This document shows, piece after piece, positions 46,726-56,446 of a DNA stretch of 64,000 bases; position 1 is the stretch's first letter, and the number at the start of each line of letters is the position of its first letter. A program made the translations under genes and the position numbers. The notes beneath the pieces are model-generated. The model searched no databases. It worked only from the letters and a program-made list of their open reading frames with translations, and had not been told where the DNA came from. The stretch is from an uncultured Rikenella sp. (GTDB taxonomy: Bacteria > Bacteroidota > Bacteroidia > Bacteroidales > VadinHA17): assembly GCA_964535795.1 (NCBI GenBank), contig CAZHTG010000005.1, positions 13,328 to 77,327 of the forward strand. Reading direction: 5' to 3'.

Positions 46726-49700
46726 GGAGGCACCAGTCTGTCAGATCCGAATCCCGGAATATTAATTCTTTCCATGAGGTTGAGGAGCCTCTTCAGTAAA
46801 TTAAAGTATAGTGTCACATACAGGAACAGGTTCATTAGCCATATGATCATCACATTGAACCATATGGTGCTGATTTTCAAATTACCCAGCATCTTGTAAG
46901 GAGCATAGAAATGTGCCCTTCCTGTGCGGGAACCGGGTGGCATGAGCACCGGATCCGACTTCTGTATCAACCGGTCTTCAGTCTCGTAGATCTTCTTCTG
47001 TACGGTGCGGTTCAGTACCTGGTCGGCCAGATCCTTGTTGTAGGTTGCTGCCCGGATCCGCACCAGCTCATCCTGCCCTTTCAGGCGTACCAGGCTGTCA
47101 GTTATCTGGTCCTTGACATCAGTGTAATAGAGAAACTTAGACCTGATGGTTTTCTGGAGCGAGTCAAGGAAATCGTTTACGATATAAGAAGCATCAGCAT
47201 TGAACGGTTCCCTGTCTATAACCCTCATTGCGGGCCACGGATCGAGGGCGGCTTCACGGCTCAGCTCACCTATATGGTAAGAGAGCTTTTCGAGATTGCT
47301 TTTGTATATCTCTTCATACTCCGGCTTTCCGGCCGCGATGGCGCATTCATTGCTTTTCTTTTTCAGTTCAGGAATAAGGAATGACGATTGCCAGTCGTAT
47401 TGGCTGATCATCATCTCTGTTTCGAAGTAGGGTTTCATATACCGGCTCGACCGGTACTGTTCCACGGCCATTGCCTCGTATGCCCATCGCATGGTCATCA
47501 CATCGCCGATTACCGGCACATAGACCTTCCTGGTCAGTGAGTGGTGGAGATCGTCAAACCTTATCATGGCCCCTCCAAGGAGGAGCTGTGGCACAAGTAC
47601 CAGTGGAACAAGGATATAAATGCTGATTACAGTCTTCATGCCCGAGGAGATATTCAGTCCCACCATATTCCCGAAGCAGGAGGTTGTGAACAGTATCAGC
47701 CAGTGTCGCCACATCATCCCTTCAACCTCAAGGATCCAATGAGAGATGAGCACATACATCAGCGACTGAATTGCCGATAGTCCGAAAAGGAAAGTGATTT
47801 TCGACAGCAGGTAGCTTGACTGACTTATATTCAGATACTTTTCCCTCTCTATTATCTTCCTGTCCTTGAATATCTCCTCCGCGCTCACCGTCAGTCCCAG
47901 GAAGAGGGCTACCACCACGCTCATGAACAGGAAGACCGGATAGCTCTTGTTGTCAGAGAAGAGGTACATGCCGTTAGAGATATACTTCGCCACGAAGCCG
48001 AGGATGAAAGCCAGGAGGGGCGGTTCAAGGAGATTGATTACCATGTATTGCCTGTCGGCAAACTTCCTTACCAGGGTTCGCCTGAAAAAGGTGAGGATCT
48101 GTTTCTTTCTCTCCGGTATCTTGAAGTTGCTTGCCGGCAGCGGTTTCATCTCCGGCCTGCCGGTCAGGGAGGGTTCCATCTTCTGACGGTACCTGTGGTA
48201 CCACTCCACGGGTGAGACCTGTCTCTCCTGCCCTTTCCTGCCGTCGGTGTCAACCACTTTGGCTTCCACAATCTGCAGGATCTCATCCGTCTCGACGTTG
48301 CCGCAGGTGGGGCACTCGCTCTCCGCCGCGTTTGCCTGTGAGGTCTCAGTCTTGAAATATACAATGGCATCAACCGGGTCACCGTCATAGATCATATACC
48401 CACCCCTGTCGAGCACCCACAGTCTGTCAAACATCTTCAGGATGTCAGATGAAGGCTGGTGGATGATGACGAAGACAAGCTTGCCGTTTACGGCCTGATC
48501 TTTGAGCAGATCCATTACAAGTTCCGAGTCATGCGATGCCAGTCCTGATATGGGCTCATCGGCGAAGAGCACGGCAGGCTCACGCATAAGCTCGAGGCCT
48601 ATGTTCAGCCTCTTGCGCTGACCGCCGCTGATCTTCTTGTTCAGGGGATCGCCCACGAGCATATCACGGTAGTCAAACAGGTCAAGCTCCCTCAGAACGG
48701 AGACCACTACCTCGTCAAGCTTTTTCTCATCATAGTTGCCAAAAGTGAGCCGCGCATTGTAGTAAAGGTTCTGGTAAACAGTCAGTTCCTCAATGAGGAG
48801 GTCATCCTGTGGTACGTATCCTATCAGGCCGTTGACCTCATCAGGTTCATTGTGAAGGTCATACCCGTTGATATAAACAGCTCCGCTTTCCGGCTTCAGC
48901 TTCCCGTTGAGAATATTCAGCAGGGTGCTCTTGCCGACACCGCTGCCTCCCATGATTCCCACCAGGTTGCCCGACTTGATGCTGAAGCTCATTGGCTGAA
49001 CGCCGTTGTCAGACCCCCTGAAATGATACTCAAGATTCTGGCCTTCAAACAGAATGTCTTCTACAAACGCTGACTTGATGAATTTCCTGAATATGGAGGT
49101 GTAATAGAGCGGTGCCATCCCCTGGCCCCTTATGTTCACACCCGGCTCAAGCAGGAAGGGTCGCATTGGCACCACGTTCCGCCCCTTGAAATGCAACGGT
49201 GCTCTGCCCTCGTACATGAAGAGGATATGTCCGGTACTGCCTACATAAAGCACATAGATGGTGCCTCTGAGACCTCTTGATACCATATGATGCCATTCAT
49301 GGTAGTTGGCGAACCTCGAGGAGGCATCCCCGATATTGCCCTCTCCCTCGATGGCGAGGAAAGAGTCAGGACTGATCTTGTCGAACCTCATGCCGAGCAT
49401 GAAGGCCGAGGCATTGGTCTTCTCCTTGGCTGAAATGTTGAAAGTTCGCGCCACGATATCCACGATCGAGGACTCCTGCTCGGATATGGTGCTGTCTTCA
49501 TAGACAAACTCCAGGAGCTGCAGGAAAACGATCATCCTCTCCTCAATGAAGAGCCCCTTCTTTATCTGCCTGCAGATATTGGTGATCTGAAAGGTGATAA
49601 GGGAGTTTTCGTCCGAGAGCTCCCCCTCCTCCACTGCCCTGAGCTCGCGCTCATAGAAATGAAGGTTGTTTTCATAGAGCTTGAAGTATTCCTCCTCCAG

Positions 49701-49829
49701 CTCCTGGTTGAGATACCTCCTGAGGTAACCGCGAAGGATCTTCTTGCCTCTCGACGTCACCCCTGCAGGGTTTACGGTAGAGATAATGGCAAATATATGT
49801 ATCAGTGCATGTAAAACTGATTCCCTCAT
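46707..49829 (-). CDS. large ABC ATPase-permease fusion (ABC-2/ABCG-like) with N- and C-terminal extensions
   Basis: Walker A GGSGVGKST, signature ISGGQRKR, Walker B VLFADEP, then an ABC-2 type membrane domain. About 270 aa of unknown N-terminal domain and a ~250-aa C-terminal extension ending in a TM helix flank these. I place the start at the MRESVLH ATG (49829), because the ORF-track start at 49850 lies inside the upstream terminator hairpin. Confidence 0.8.
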   Translation of the reverse strand: MRESVLHALIHIFAIISTVNPAGVTSRGKKILRGYLRRYLNQELEEEYFKLYENNLHFYERELRAVEEGELSDENSLITFQITNICRQIKKGLFIEERMIVFLQLLEFVYEDSTISEQESSIVDIVARTFNISAKEKTNASAFMLGMRFDKISPDSFLAIEGEGNIGDASSRFANYHEWHHMVSRGLRGTIYVLYVGSTGHILFMYEGRAPLHFKGRNVVPMRPFLLEPGVNIRGQGMAPLYYTSIFRKFIKSAFVEDILFEGQNLEYHFRGSDNGVQPMSFSIKSGNLVGIMGGSGVGKSTLLNILNGKLKPESGAVYINGYDLHNEPDEVNGLIGYVPQDDLLIEELTVYQNLYYNARLTFGNYDEKKLDEVVVSVLRELDLFDYRDMLVGDPLNKKISGGQRKRLNIGLELMREPAVLFADEPISGLASHDSELVMDLLKDQAVNGKLVFVIIHQPSSDILKMFDRLWVLDRGGYMIYDGDPVDAIVYFKTETSQANAAESECPTCGNVETDEILQIVEAKVVDTDGRKGQERQVSPVEWYHRYRQKMEPSLTGRPEMKPLPASNFKIPERKKQILTFFRRTLVRKFADRQYMVINLLEPPLLAFILGFVAKYISNGMYLFSDNKSYPVFLFMSVVVALFLGLTVSAEEIFKDRKIIEREKYLNISQSSYLLSKITFLFGLSAIQSLMYVLISHWILEVEGMMWRHWLILFTTSCFGNMVGLNISSGMKTVISIYILVPLVLVPQLLLGGAMIRFDDLHHSLTRKVYVPVIGDVMTMRWAYEAMAVEQYRSSRYMKPYFETEMMISQYDWQSSFLIPELKKKSNECAIAAGKPEYEEIYKSNLEKLSYHIGELSREAALDPWPAMRVIDREPFNADASYIVNDFLDSLQKTIRSKFLYYTDVKDQITDSLVRLKGQDELVRIRAATYNKDLADQVLNRTVQKKIYETEDRLIQKSDPVLMPPGSRTGRAHFYAPYKMLGNLKISTIWFNVMIIWLMNLFLYVTLYFNLLKRLLNLMERINIPGFGSDRLVPPWELIK

Positions 49830-49833
49830 AACC

Positions 49834-49867
49834 TCAAAAAAAGACCGCAAGTTTTTTTTGCGGTCTT
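49834..49867 (-). terminator. Rho-independent terminator of the lipoprotein gene
   Basis: The minus strand reads AAGACCGCAA-aaaaaac-TTGCGGTCTT followed by TTTTT. That is a perfect 10-bp stem, 18 nt after the stop codon at 49885. Confidence 0.8.
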
Positions 49868-49884
49868 AATCTATTTTTGATTTT

Positions 49885-50706
49885 TTACTTGATAAGTTCA
49901 GACCTGACCGCAGTCACGGCTTTCTTCATTGTCTCGATTTGTTCCAGTGTAAGGCTGGTGCCGACACCTGCATAGAACTCACGCACAGGCTGCAGTTCGG
50001 CAAGTATTCTGGATACAAGTGGGTCGTCGGCGTGAGGCCTTGCCAGCTCCTCGAATAGTACAAACGACTCCTTCTGTTCGAGAAGAACCGACTCAAAGCC
50101 TGAAAGATGACCGCCTGATTCAGAGACGGCAAGAGTAAGGTACATACCCTCAACCCATGCTCCTCCTACCATCAGCATCGCAAGATTGGCCTGCCCGGCA
50201 TCAACCATGTACGCGTACGTGCGGTCAAAGGCATCTGTGAGAATGTTCACCAGAGTGTCCCTGTTGTCAAAATTGGCTTTGATCCTGTCATACAGGGTTA
50301 CATCATATATCTTTGACAGGTTCTGCTCAATGGCCAGCGTGCTGATGGCCGACAGATAGTCGATTACATCCTGCTGCATGTTGTACAGGGTGGAATAACT
50401 GAGATCGGCACCGTAAACCCCCAGGTTGACTGACCTGTTGTAGCTCTCAACATAGTTGCTTGCATTCCCGGGAGGATTGGTTGAGCCAAGAATGTAACCG
50501 AGATCCATCTCTGTAAGCTGCTTGATCACCTCAGCGGAGGTGGGAAGAGGATAAACATTCTCCTCTATCTTCTGTTCAAGGGCTTCAAGCTCCATCCTGT
50601 TGATCTCTTTCATCTTTTTCGACTCACCCCTGTTTTTGCAGGAGTATGAACCGGCTACTGCAACGATCATTGCAGCAACCAGGACCTTGGTGAAAATTTT
50701 TTTCAT
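49885..50706 (-). CDS. hypothetical lipoprotein
   Basis: A signal peptide with a lipobox (VAGSYSC) and a helical body. I recognise no family. Confidence 0.6.
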   Translation of the reverse strand: MKKIFTKVLVAAMIVAVAGSYSCKNRGESKKMKEINRMELEALEQKIEENVYPLPTSAEVIKQLTEMDLGYILGSTNPPGNASNYVESYNRSVNLGVYGADLSYSTLYNMQQDVIDYLSAISTLAIEQNLSKIYDVTLYDRIKANFDNRDTLVNILTDAFDRTYAYMVDAGQANLAMLMVGGAWVEGMYLTLAVSESGGHLSGFESVLLEQKESFVLFEELARPHADDPLVSRILAELQPVREFYAGVGTSLTLEQIETMKKAVTAVRSELIK

Positions 50707-50865
50707 AAAGCTGTTTTTTGGTACTTGTGTTTGGCTTTGTAAAAATAAGACTTTTAGATATTCTGAAGGAATAATATTTCAACAATAATTTACAGCATGA
50801 CGGAATAGCCCCATTGAGCACATTAAACAGCCGGACCGCTCCGGTTGTTCATTGCCATTTTCTGC

Positions 50866-50873
50866 TATCTTTG
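50866..50873 (+). promoter_or_regulatory. candidate -7 box (TAnnTTTG) for the patB-like/carA operon
   Basis: TATCTTTG, 27 nt upstream of the ATG at 50900. Confidence 0.4.
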
Positions 50874-50899
50874 CATCCCGGAGCATTAATAAACCCCTG

Positions 50900-52066
50900 A
50901 TGTGGAACTTTGATGAGGTGATCAACCGGGAAAACTCCAGTTGCATCAAATACGATCTTAGAGAAGAGCTGTTCGGAAGAGCCGATGTCATACCGATGTG
51001 GGTGGCTGACATGGACTTCAGGACACCGTCATTCATCACTGAAGCTCTTGCCTCCAGGCTGAAGCATGAGATCTTCGGATACTCATACAGGCCCGATACA
51101 TATTTCAGTTCATTCATGGCATGGATGGAAGACCGCCACGGATGGGCCGTCAGGCGCGATTGGATAGAGTTCAGTCCGGGCGTCGTGCCCGCGCTGAACA
51201 TGTGCACTCTCGCATATACTGAGCCGGGTGATGAGATCATCATCCAACCTCCCGTCTATACCCCTTTCCACGGAGCTGTCACTGATCACGGCCGCCGGCT
51301 GGTGTTCAACAAGCTGGTTGAGACATCGGAGGGATGGGTCATGGACATTGAAGGACTGCGCAGGGGGATCACCCCTGGTACCAGGATGCTAATCCTCTCC
51401 AATCCCCATAATCCGGTGGGAAGGGCCTGGCGAACGGAAGAGCTTGAGGAGATCGTTGAGATCTGCCACGACAGGGGGGTGGTTATCCTCTCAGACGAGA
51501 TACACTCTGACCTGTTGCTTCCGGGCTACCGGCACATACCCCTGGCTTCGATCTCTGAAAAAGCCGCCTCGATCACCGTTACCTGCATGGCGCCAAGCAA
51601 GACATTCAACCTGGCAGGTTTCTCAACCTCATCAATGATAATACCTGACCCCGTTCTGATGGAGAAATACCGCCGTACCCTCGTGGGGCTGCACCTGCAC
51701 CTGGGTAACATATTCGGTAATGTAGCCTCGGAGGCAGCTTACACCCACGGTCACGGATGGCTTCAGGAGCTGATGCAGTATGTGCAGGGAAACGTCGACC
51801 TGGTGATGGATTTCTGCCGGGATCATTTGCCACGGATTAAGCCGGTCAGGCCGGAAGCTACCTATATGATATGGCTCGACTGCAGGGGCATGGGACTTGA
51901 CGGTGTCGGGCTTCAGAAGTTTTTCGTCGAAAAGGCCGGGGTGGGTATGAATGAGGGATCACGCTTTGGCCCGGGAGGCGAAGGGTTCATGAGGATGAAC
52001 CTTGCATGCCCGCGGTCAGTGGTGGAGAAGGCCCTGAGACAGATTGAGAGTGCAATAAAAGAATAG
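50900..52066 (+). CDS. PLP-dependent C-S lyase (MalY/PatB-type cystathionine beta-lyase family)
   Basis: MWNFDEVINRENSSCIKYD opens the protein as in PatB/MalY. SNPHNPVGR and the PLP-Lys motif APSKTFNLAG are present. I place the start at 50900, consistent with the -7 box. It ends 1 nt before carA. Confidence 0.8.
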   Translation: MWNFDEVINRENSSCIKYDLREELFGRADVIPMWVADMDFRTPSFITEALASRLKHEIFGYSYRPDTYFSSFMAWMEDRHGWAVRRDWIEFSPGVVPALNMCTLAYTEPGDEIIIQPPVYTPFHGAVTDHGRRLVFNKLVETSEGWVMDIEGLRRGITPGTRMLILSNPHNPVGRAWRTEELEEIVEICHDRGVVILSDEIHSDLLLPGYRHIPLASISEKAASITVTCMAPSKTFNLAGFSTSSMIIPDPVLMEKYRRTLVGLHLHLGNIFGNVASEAAYTHGHGWLQELMQYVQGNVDLVMDFCRDHLPRIKPVRPEATYMIWLDCRGMGLDGVGLQKFFVEKAGVGMNEGSRFGPGGEGFMRMNLACPRSVVEKALRQIESAIKE

Positions 52067-52067
52067 G

Positions 52068-53183
52068 ATGAGAAACAACGACAGACTTAGTGTCAGACTG
52101 ACGCTGGAGGACGGCACCGTCTACCGCGGGTGGTCATTCGGCGCACCCGTTGCCGCTGCGGGCGAGGTGGTCTTCAACACCGCCATGACCGGCTACCCCG
52201 AGAGCCTGACAGACCCATCATACCGGGGACAGATACTTTGTCTGACCTACCCGCTGGTAGGCAACTACGGCGCCCCGGGAAAGAGTGAACAGGATGACCT
52301 CTTCATCTTCTATGAATCATCAGGAGTACATATATCCGCGCTTATCGTCTCAGATTACTCATTTGAATACAGCCACTGGAACGCCATCGAGAGCCTCGAC
52401 GAGTGGCTGAAGAGAAGCAATGTGCCGGGCATCTATGGCATCGACACCCGGGCACTGACAAAACATATCCGTGAGAAGGGAGCGATGCTTGGCAAAGTGG
52501 AGCCTGAAGGGGTCGCAATTGATTTCTATGACCCGAACAAGGTCAACCTCGTCGCCGAGGTGAGCACCGCCTCTCGACAGGTTTACGGCAGCGGCAGGTA
52601 TCGCATCATGCTGGTAGACTGCGGGGTAAAGTATAATATTATAAGGAATCTGCTGAAACGCGACACTACGATAATCAGAGTGCCATGGGACTATGACTAC
52701 AGCGCGGAAGAGTATGACGGGCTGTTCCTTACAAACGGCCCCGGCGACCCTAAGATGTGCAGGGCTGCTATAGATAATATCAGGAAGTCGCTTGACGATG
52801 ACAGGCCCATCTTCGGCATCTGTCTCGGAAACCAGCTTATGGCACTGGCGGCGGGAGCTGACACCTACAAGCTGCGTTACGGGCATCGGAGTCATAACCA
52901 GCCGGTGCAGATGGTTGGAACGGAGAGGGCTTACATCACCTCACAGAATCATGGTTTCGCGGTGAACAACAATACTTTGCCCGCAGGGTGGGTACCGCTC
53001 TTCGTCAATGTCAATGACAACACCAACGAGGGGATGAAACATATATCAAAGCCCTTCTTCTCGACACAGTTCCACCCCGAGGCCTCCGGCGGACCGACGG
53101 ATACTGATTTTCTGTTTGACCTCTTTATTGATAACATTGAGAAGGCAGCAGACCATAGTGAAAAATTAAGAATTAATAATTAA
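52068..53183 (+). CDS. carA: carbamoyl-phosphate synthase small (glutaminase) subunit
   Basis: A CPSase small-chain N-domain and GATase motifs (GICLGNQL, HGF). The last six codons and the stop codon lie inside an ATTAAGA heptamer array. Confidence 0.95.
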   Translation: MRNNDRLSVRLTLEDGTVYRGWSFGAPVAAAGEVVFNTAMTGYPESLTDPSYRGQILCLTYPLVGNYGAPGKSEQDDLFIFYESSGVHISALIVSDYSFEYSHWNAIESLDEWLKRSNVPGIYGIDTRALTKHIREKGAMLGKVEPEGVAIDFYDPNKVNLVAEVSTASRQVYGSGRYRIMLVDCGVKYNIIRNLLKRDTTIIRVPWDYDYSAEEYDGLFLTNGPGDPKMCRAAIDNIRKSLDDDRPIFGICLGNQLMALAAGADTYKLRYGHRSHNQPVQMVGTERAYITSQNHGFAVNNNTLPAGWVPLFVNVNDNTNEGMKHISKPFFSTQFHPEASGGPTDTDFLFDLFIDNIEKAADHSEKLRINN

Positions 53184-53199
53184 GAATTAAGAGTTGATA
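53165..53199. repeat. heptamer array ATTAAGA/ATTAATA spanning the carA stop codon
   Basis: attaaga attaata attaaga attaaga gttgata, read from 53165. The carA stop TAA is at 53181-53183. Confidence 0.9.
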
Positions 53200-53217
53200 A
53201 TCAGCCTGTTAGGTTAC

Positions 53218-53288
53218 GGACTGCAGGACTGCAGGACCTTCAGACTTTTGACTTTACAGACTTTCGACTTTAAGGACTTTTGACTTTA
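53218..53288. repeat. 8-nt and 16-nt tandem arrays (GGACTGCA; CAGACTTTTGACTTTA) spanning the argH stop codon
   Basis: ggactgca ggactgca ggacc is followed by three 16-mers at 53241-53288: cagacttttgacttta, cagactttcgacttta, aggacttttgacttta. The argH stop is at 53254-53256, so its last ~11 codons (SKVLKVESL) are repeat-encoded. Confidence 0.9.
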
Positions 53289-54600
53289 ACTCCTGCGGCG
53301 AATATCCTTGCGCAAATCGCTTCATGATCTTATCAAGCCTCTTTTGTATGAGTTCCTGCCCGGTATTGCCTATGCTGCCGGTGTGCGAGTATTCAGCAAG
53401 GCCGGGAAACCTGAAAGAACCCGACCCTGCCTTTCCTGCAACAATCCGGTAGGCATCCCTGAAGGGAACACCCGAACGGACCATATCATTGGCCTCCTCA
53501 ACGGAGAATATATCATTATACCGGCCGTCGCTCATTATATCCTTCCTGATCACCAATCCTCCCAGCGCCACCTGCACTGCCTGCATCAGATCACCGATGC
53601 CGTCAAAAGCATCGAAGAGCACCGCCTTAAGTTCCTGGAAATCGCGGTTATATCCGGGAGGAAGGCCTGCTGTCATCATAGCCACCTCGCCCGGCACTAC
53701 CTGCATCCTGTTGCACCTCGCCCTGATCAGTTCGAACAGGTCAGGATTTTTCTTTTGGGGCATTATTGACGACCCTGTTGTAAGGTCATCTGACAGTGTG
53801 ACAAACTCATATCCCGGTGACATGAACAGAATCACATCCGATGCGAACCTGCCAATGGTGTTGGCTGCCGAGGCAATTGCGCCGGTTACCTGGCGCTCTG
53901 TTCGTCCGCGGGTCATCTGGGCATATGGTGATGTTATGACCAGCCTCTCAAACCCCAGCAGCCTGGCTGTCAGCTCACGGTCAATGGGCAGCGAGGTGCC
54001 GTACCCGGCTGCTGTTCCCAGCGGGGAAGCGTCAGCCAGGGCCGCCGCACCGGCCAGCACATGCAGGTCATCAGAGAGGCTCTCAGCACAGGATGCAAAC
54101 CATAGCCCGAAGGATGTCACCATCGCCGCCTGCATGTGCGTGAAGCCCGGCATAAGAACCTCCTTATGCTTCTCACTGAGATCCAGAAATGTATCAGCCA
54201 GGGCTTTCAGCTCACGAGCCAGCAGGTACGACCGGTGTCTGATATAAAGGTGAAGATCGGTAAGTACCTGGTCGTTCCGTGAGCGGCCAGTATGCAGCTT
54301 GCCCGCCGCCGCCCCGGCAAGATCATGAAGGCGGTTCTCAACCCATGAGTGGATATCCTCATAATCCTTCCCGATGGAGAAGGCTGACTGCAGCGACTCC
54401 TCAAACAGCCTGACCAGGCCGGCAAGAAGCTGGCTCTTCTCGCCGTCGTTGATCAAACCGCATTGTTCAAGCATGACTGCATGAGCCATGGAACCAACAA
54501 TGTCATACGGCGCCAGCCGGGCATCATAACCCCTGTCACTGTCACAGGTGAAGCTGATGAGCGCCTCCCGGGCATTCACCCCTTTATCCCACAGGTGCAT
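53254..54600 (-). CDS. argH: argininosuccinate lyase
   Basis: The TGRSRNDQ and [12 protein letters not shown] signature motifs. I place the start at MHLWDKG (54600), the usual ArgH N-terminus. The ORF track extends to 54639. Confidence 0.9.
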   Translation of the reverse strand: MHLWDKGVNAREALISFTCDSDRGYDARLAPYDIVGSMAHAVMLEQCGLINDGEKSQLLAGLVRLFEESLQSAFSIGKDYEDIHSWVENRLHDLAGAAAGKLHTGRSRNDQVLTDLHLYIRHRSYLLARELKALADTFLDLSEKHKEVLMPGFTHMQAAMVTSFGLWFASCAESLSDDLHVLAGAAALADASPLGTAAGYGTSLPIDRELTARLLGFERLVITSPYAQMTRGRTERQVTGAIASAANTIGRFASDVILFMSPGYEFVTLSDDLTTGSSIMPQKKNPDLFELIRARCNRMQVVPGEVAMMTAGLPPGYNRDFQELKAVLFDAFDGIGDLMQAVQVALGGLVIRKDIMSDGRYNDIFSVEEANDMVRSGVPFRDAYRIVAGKAGSGSFRFPGLAEYSHTGSIGNTGQELIQKRLDKIMKRFAQGYSPQELKSKVLKVESL

Positions 54601-55837
54601 CTTCGGTAACTTTTTTCCTGGTTGCTTCCATAATGGCATGATGAGCCATGAGACGAATGGCGTTTATGCGGATGAACCCAAGGCTGTCAGTCTGGTTAAA
54701 TCCTCCCTCGATGTCCATGCTCGACAACTCCTTATTATATAATGAGGAATGAGACTCACGACCTTCGATGATAATGTTACCCTTGTAAAGGATCATATGC
54801 ACCACCCCGTCAATCACCTCCTGACTCTTGTCCATGGCAGCCTTCAGGAACTCCATTTCGGGTGAGAACCAGAAACCGTTGTAGACCAGTTCGGCAAAGA
54901 CCGGGGCCAGCATGTTGCGCAGGCGCATCACCTCGCGGTCCATGGCAATACCTTCTATGTCCTTATGTGCGGCATAGAGTATGGTTGCGCCGGGTGTTTC
55001 GTATATACCTCTCGACTTAATACCGACGTACCTGTTCTCGACCATGTCAAGCAGGCCGATTCCGTTAGTGCCACCCAGTTTATTGAGATATGTGAAGAGT
55101 TCAAGCGGATCACTGTAGCTGGTGCCGTCATCCTTGTTGGTCACATTGACCGGGATGCCGTCCTTGAAGGTGACAGATATATGTGTCTCGTTATCAGGCG
55201 CATCCATGGGCATGACCATCTTCTGAAGGATCTCCTTCCCGGCGAAGTAGAGGGGATCCTCAAGGATTCCGGCCTCGTGGCTTATATGCATCAGGTTGTC
55301 GTCTTCGCTGTATGGTTTGGAGATGGATGCCTTAACCGGAATGCGGTGACCGGCGGCATACCTGATCATGTCAGAGCGGCCCTGGAACTGAGAAAGGAAC
55401 TCAGTGTCCTTCCATGGAGAGATGACCTTGATGTCAGGCTTAAGTGCATAATATGCCAGCTCGAAACGCACCTGGTCATTGCCCTTGCCGGTGGCGCCGT
55501 GGGAGACATAGTCAGCGCCGTATTCAATGGCAGCCTCGATCTGCTTTTTGGCAATAAGCGGCCTCGCCAGTGCGGTGCCCAGGAGATAGCGGTCTTCATA
55601 CACGGCATTTGCCTTCACGGCCTGAAAGATGTAATCGGTGACGAACTCCCTCTTCAGGTCTTCAATTATTACTGAAGAGGCGCCTATGGCAAGGGCTTTT
55701 TCGCGGACGGCCTCGAAATCGTCGTTCTGGCCAACGTCCGCCACGTAGGCTATAACCTCGTAACCTTTGTTGATTAACCATTTAAGTATCACGGAGGTGT
55801 CAAGTCCCCCGGAGTATGCAAGCATTACTTTTTTCAT
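54584..55837 (-). CDS. argG: argininosuccinate synthase
   Basis: AYSGGLDTS, and [13 protein letters not shown]. Confidence 0.95.
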   Translation of the reverse strand: MKKVMLAYSGGLDTSVILKWLINKGYEVIAYVADVGQNDDFEAVREKALAIGASSVIIEDLKREFVTDYIFQAVKANAVYEDRYLLGTALARPLIAKKQIEAAIEYGADYVSHGATGKGNDQVRFELAYYALKPDIKVISPWKDTEFLSQFQGRSDMIRYAAGHRIPVKASISKPYSEDDNLMHISHEAGILEDPLYFAGKEILQKMVMPMDAPDNETHISVTFKDGIPVNVTNKDDGTSYSDPLELFTYLNKLGGTNGIGLLDMVENRYVGIKSRGIYETPGATILYAAHKDIEGIAMDREVMRLRNMLAPVFAELVYNGFWFSPEMEFLKAAMDKSQEVIDGVVHMILYKGNIIIEGRESHSSLYNKELSSMDIEGGFNQTDSLGFIRINAIRLMAHHAIMEATRKKVTEDAPVG

Positions 55838-55838
55838 A

Positions 55839-56309
55839 TCAGATTTTAGTTATTGTAATTGAATGGAATATGGTGCTGAGGCACTCTTCAATCGCGTCAT
55901 TGCTTATGTTGTCACGCGGGATCAGCAGTATGGTGTCATCGCCGGCGACAGTGCCGGCTATCTCGTAACGCCGTGCGCGGTCAATCTTTATGGCCACTGC
56001 CGATGCAAATCCCGGAGGTGTATTTATCAGCAGCATGCCCCTTGCCCATGTCATGGCGGTTATCGCCTCCGTTTCAGGTCCGGGTAACGGCTCCGGCGCG
56101 TCGTCTTCCCTGCCCGGCAACATATAGCGGTATCCCCCCCTGCCGTCGAAGCCCCTGCTGATTCCCATCTGCCTTAAGTCGCGGGAGAGTGTCGCCTGCG
56201 TACACTTCATCCCTGCGCCCTCCATCAGCAGTAGAAGATCCTCCTGAGAGGTGATAGCATTCTCCCTCACCAGCTTTTCTATCAGGATCAATCGTGATGC
56301 TCTGTTCAT
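55839..56309 (-). CDS. argR: arginine repressor
   Basis: An N-terminal wHTH ([31 protein letters not shown]) and a C-terminal oligomerisation domain ([12 protein letters not shown]). Confidence 0.9.
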   Translation of the reverse strand: MNRASRLILIEKLVRENAITSQEDLLLLMEGAGMKCTQATLSRDLRQMGISRGFDGRGGYRYMLPGREDDAPEPLPGPETEAITAMTWARGMLLINTPPGFASAVAIKIDRARRYEIAGTVAGDDTILLIPRDNISNDAIEECLSTIFHSITITKI

Positions 56310-56311
56310 TA

Positions 56312-56346
56312 TGTATTTTTATTCATTGTCGCTGCAAATTTATACA
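56312..56346 (-). promoter_or_regulatory. pair of ARG-box-like palindromes (candidate ArgR operator)
   Basis: On the minus strand the boxes read TGTATAAATTTGCA (56333-56346) and TGAATAAAAATACA (56312-56325). Both fit TGnAT-N4-ATnCA loosely. Start-to-start spacing is 21 bp, as for paired E. coli ARG boxes. The proximal box ends 3 nt before the argR ATG. Confidence 0.45.
56335..56342 (-). promoter_or_regulatory. candidate -7 box (TAnnTTTG) for argR-argG-argH
   Basis: The minus strand reads TAAATTTG, 26 nt upstream of the argR ATG and embedded in the distal ARG-box-like site. Confidence 0.4.
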
Positions 56347-56382
56347 TTTTTTTTAATGCAATCACAGGATGTGAAAATTTCC

Positions 56383-56424
56383 AAAAAAAAAAGAGGGCTC
56401 TCATTTCTGTTACGAGAAGCCCTC
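56383..56424 (-). terminator. Rho-independent terminator of the PEGA-protein genes
   Basis: The minus strand reads GAGGGCTTCTC-gtaacagaaat-GAGAGCCCTC followed by ten T. The stem is ~10 bp with one bulge and lies 23 nt after the stop codon at 56447. Confidence 0.8.
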
Positions 56425-56446
56425 CTGTCTTGCCGGCCGGTCAGCC

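Noticed and set aside
49830-49850. The ORF-track start of the large ABC gene at 49850 (MRSFFEV...).
   Set aside because: The first codons would be encoded by the stem of a perfect terminator hairpin belonging to the upstream gene. The next Met, at 49829, is used instead.
50770-50800. TGAAGGAATAATATTTCA upstream of the patB-like/carA operon, considered as an ARG box.
   Set aside because: The half-site spacing is 8 nt rather than the 4 nt seen in the argR-proximal boxes, and there is no second box at 21 bp. The resemblance is too weak to report.
50826-50850. The hairpin aacagccgga-ccgc-tccggttgtt upstream of the patB-like gene, considered as a terminator or attenuator.
   Set aside because: No U-tract follows on either strand. 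It lies upstream of the -7 box rather than in the leader, and no upstream co-directional gene would need a terminator here.
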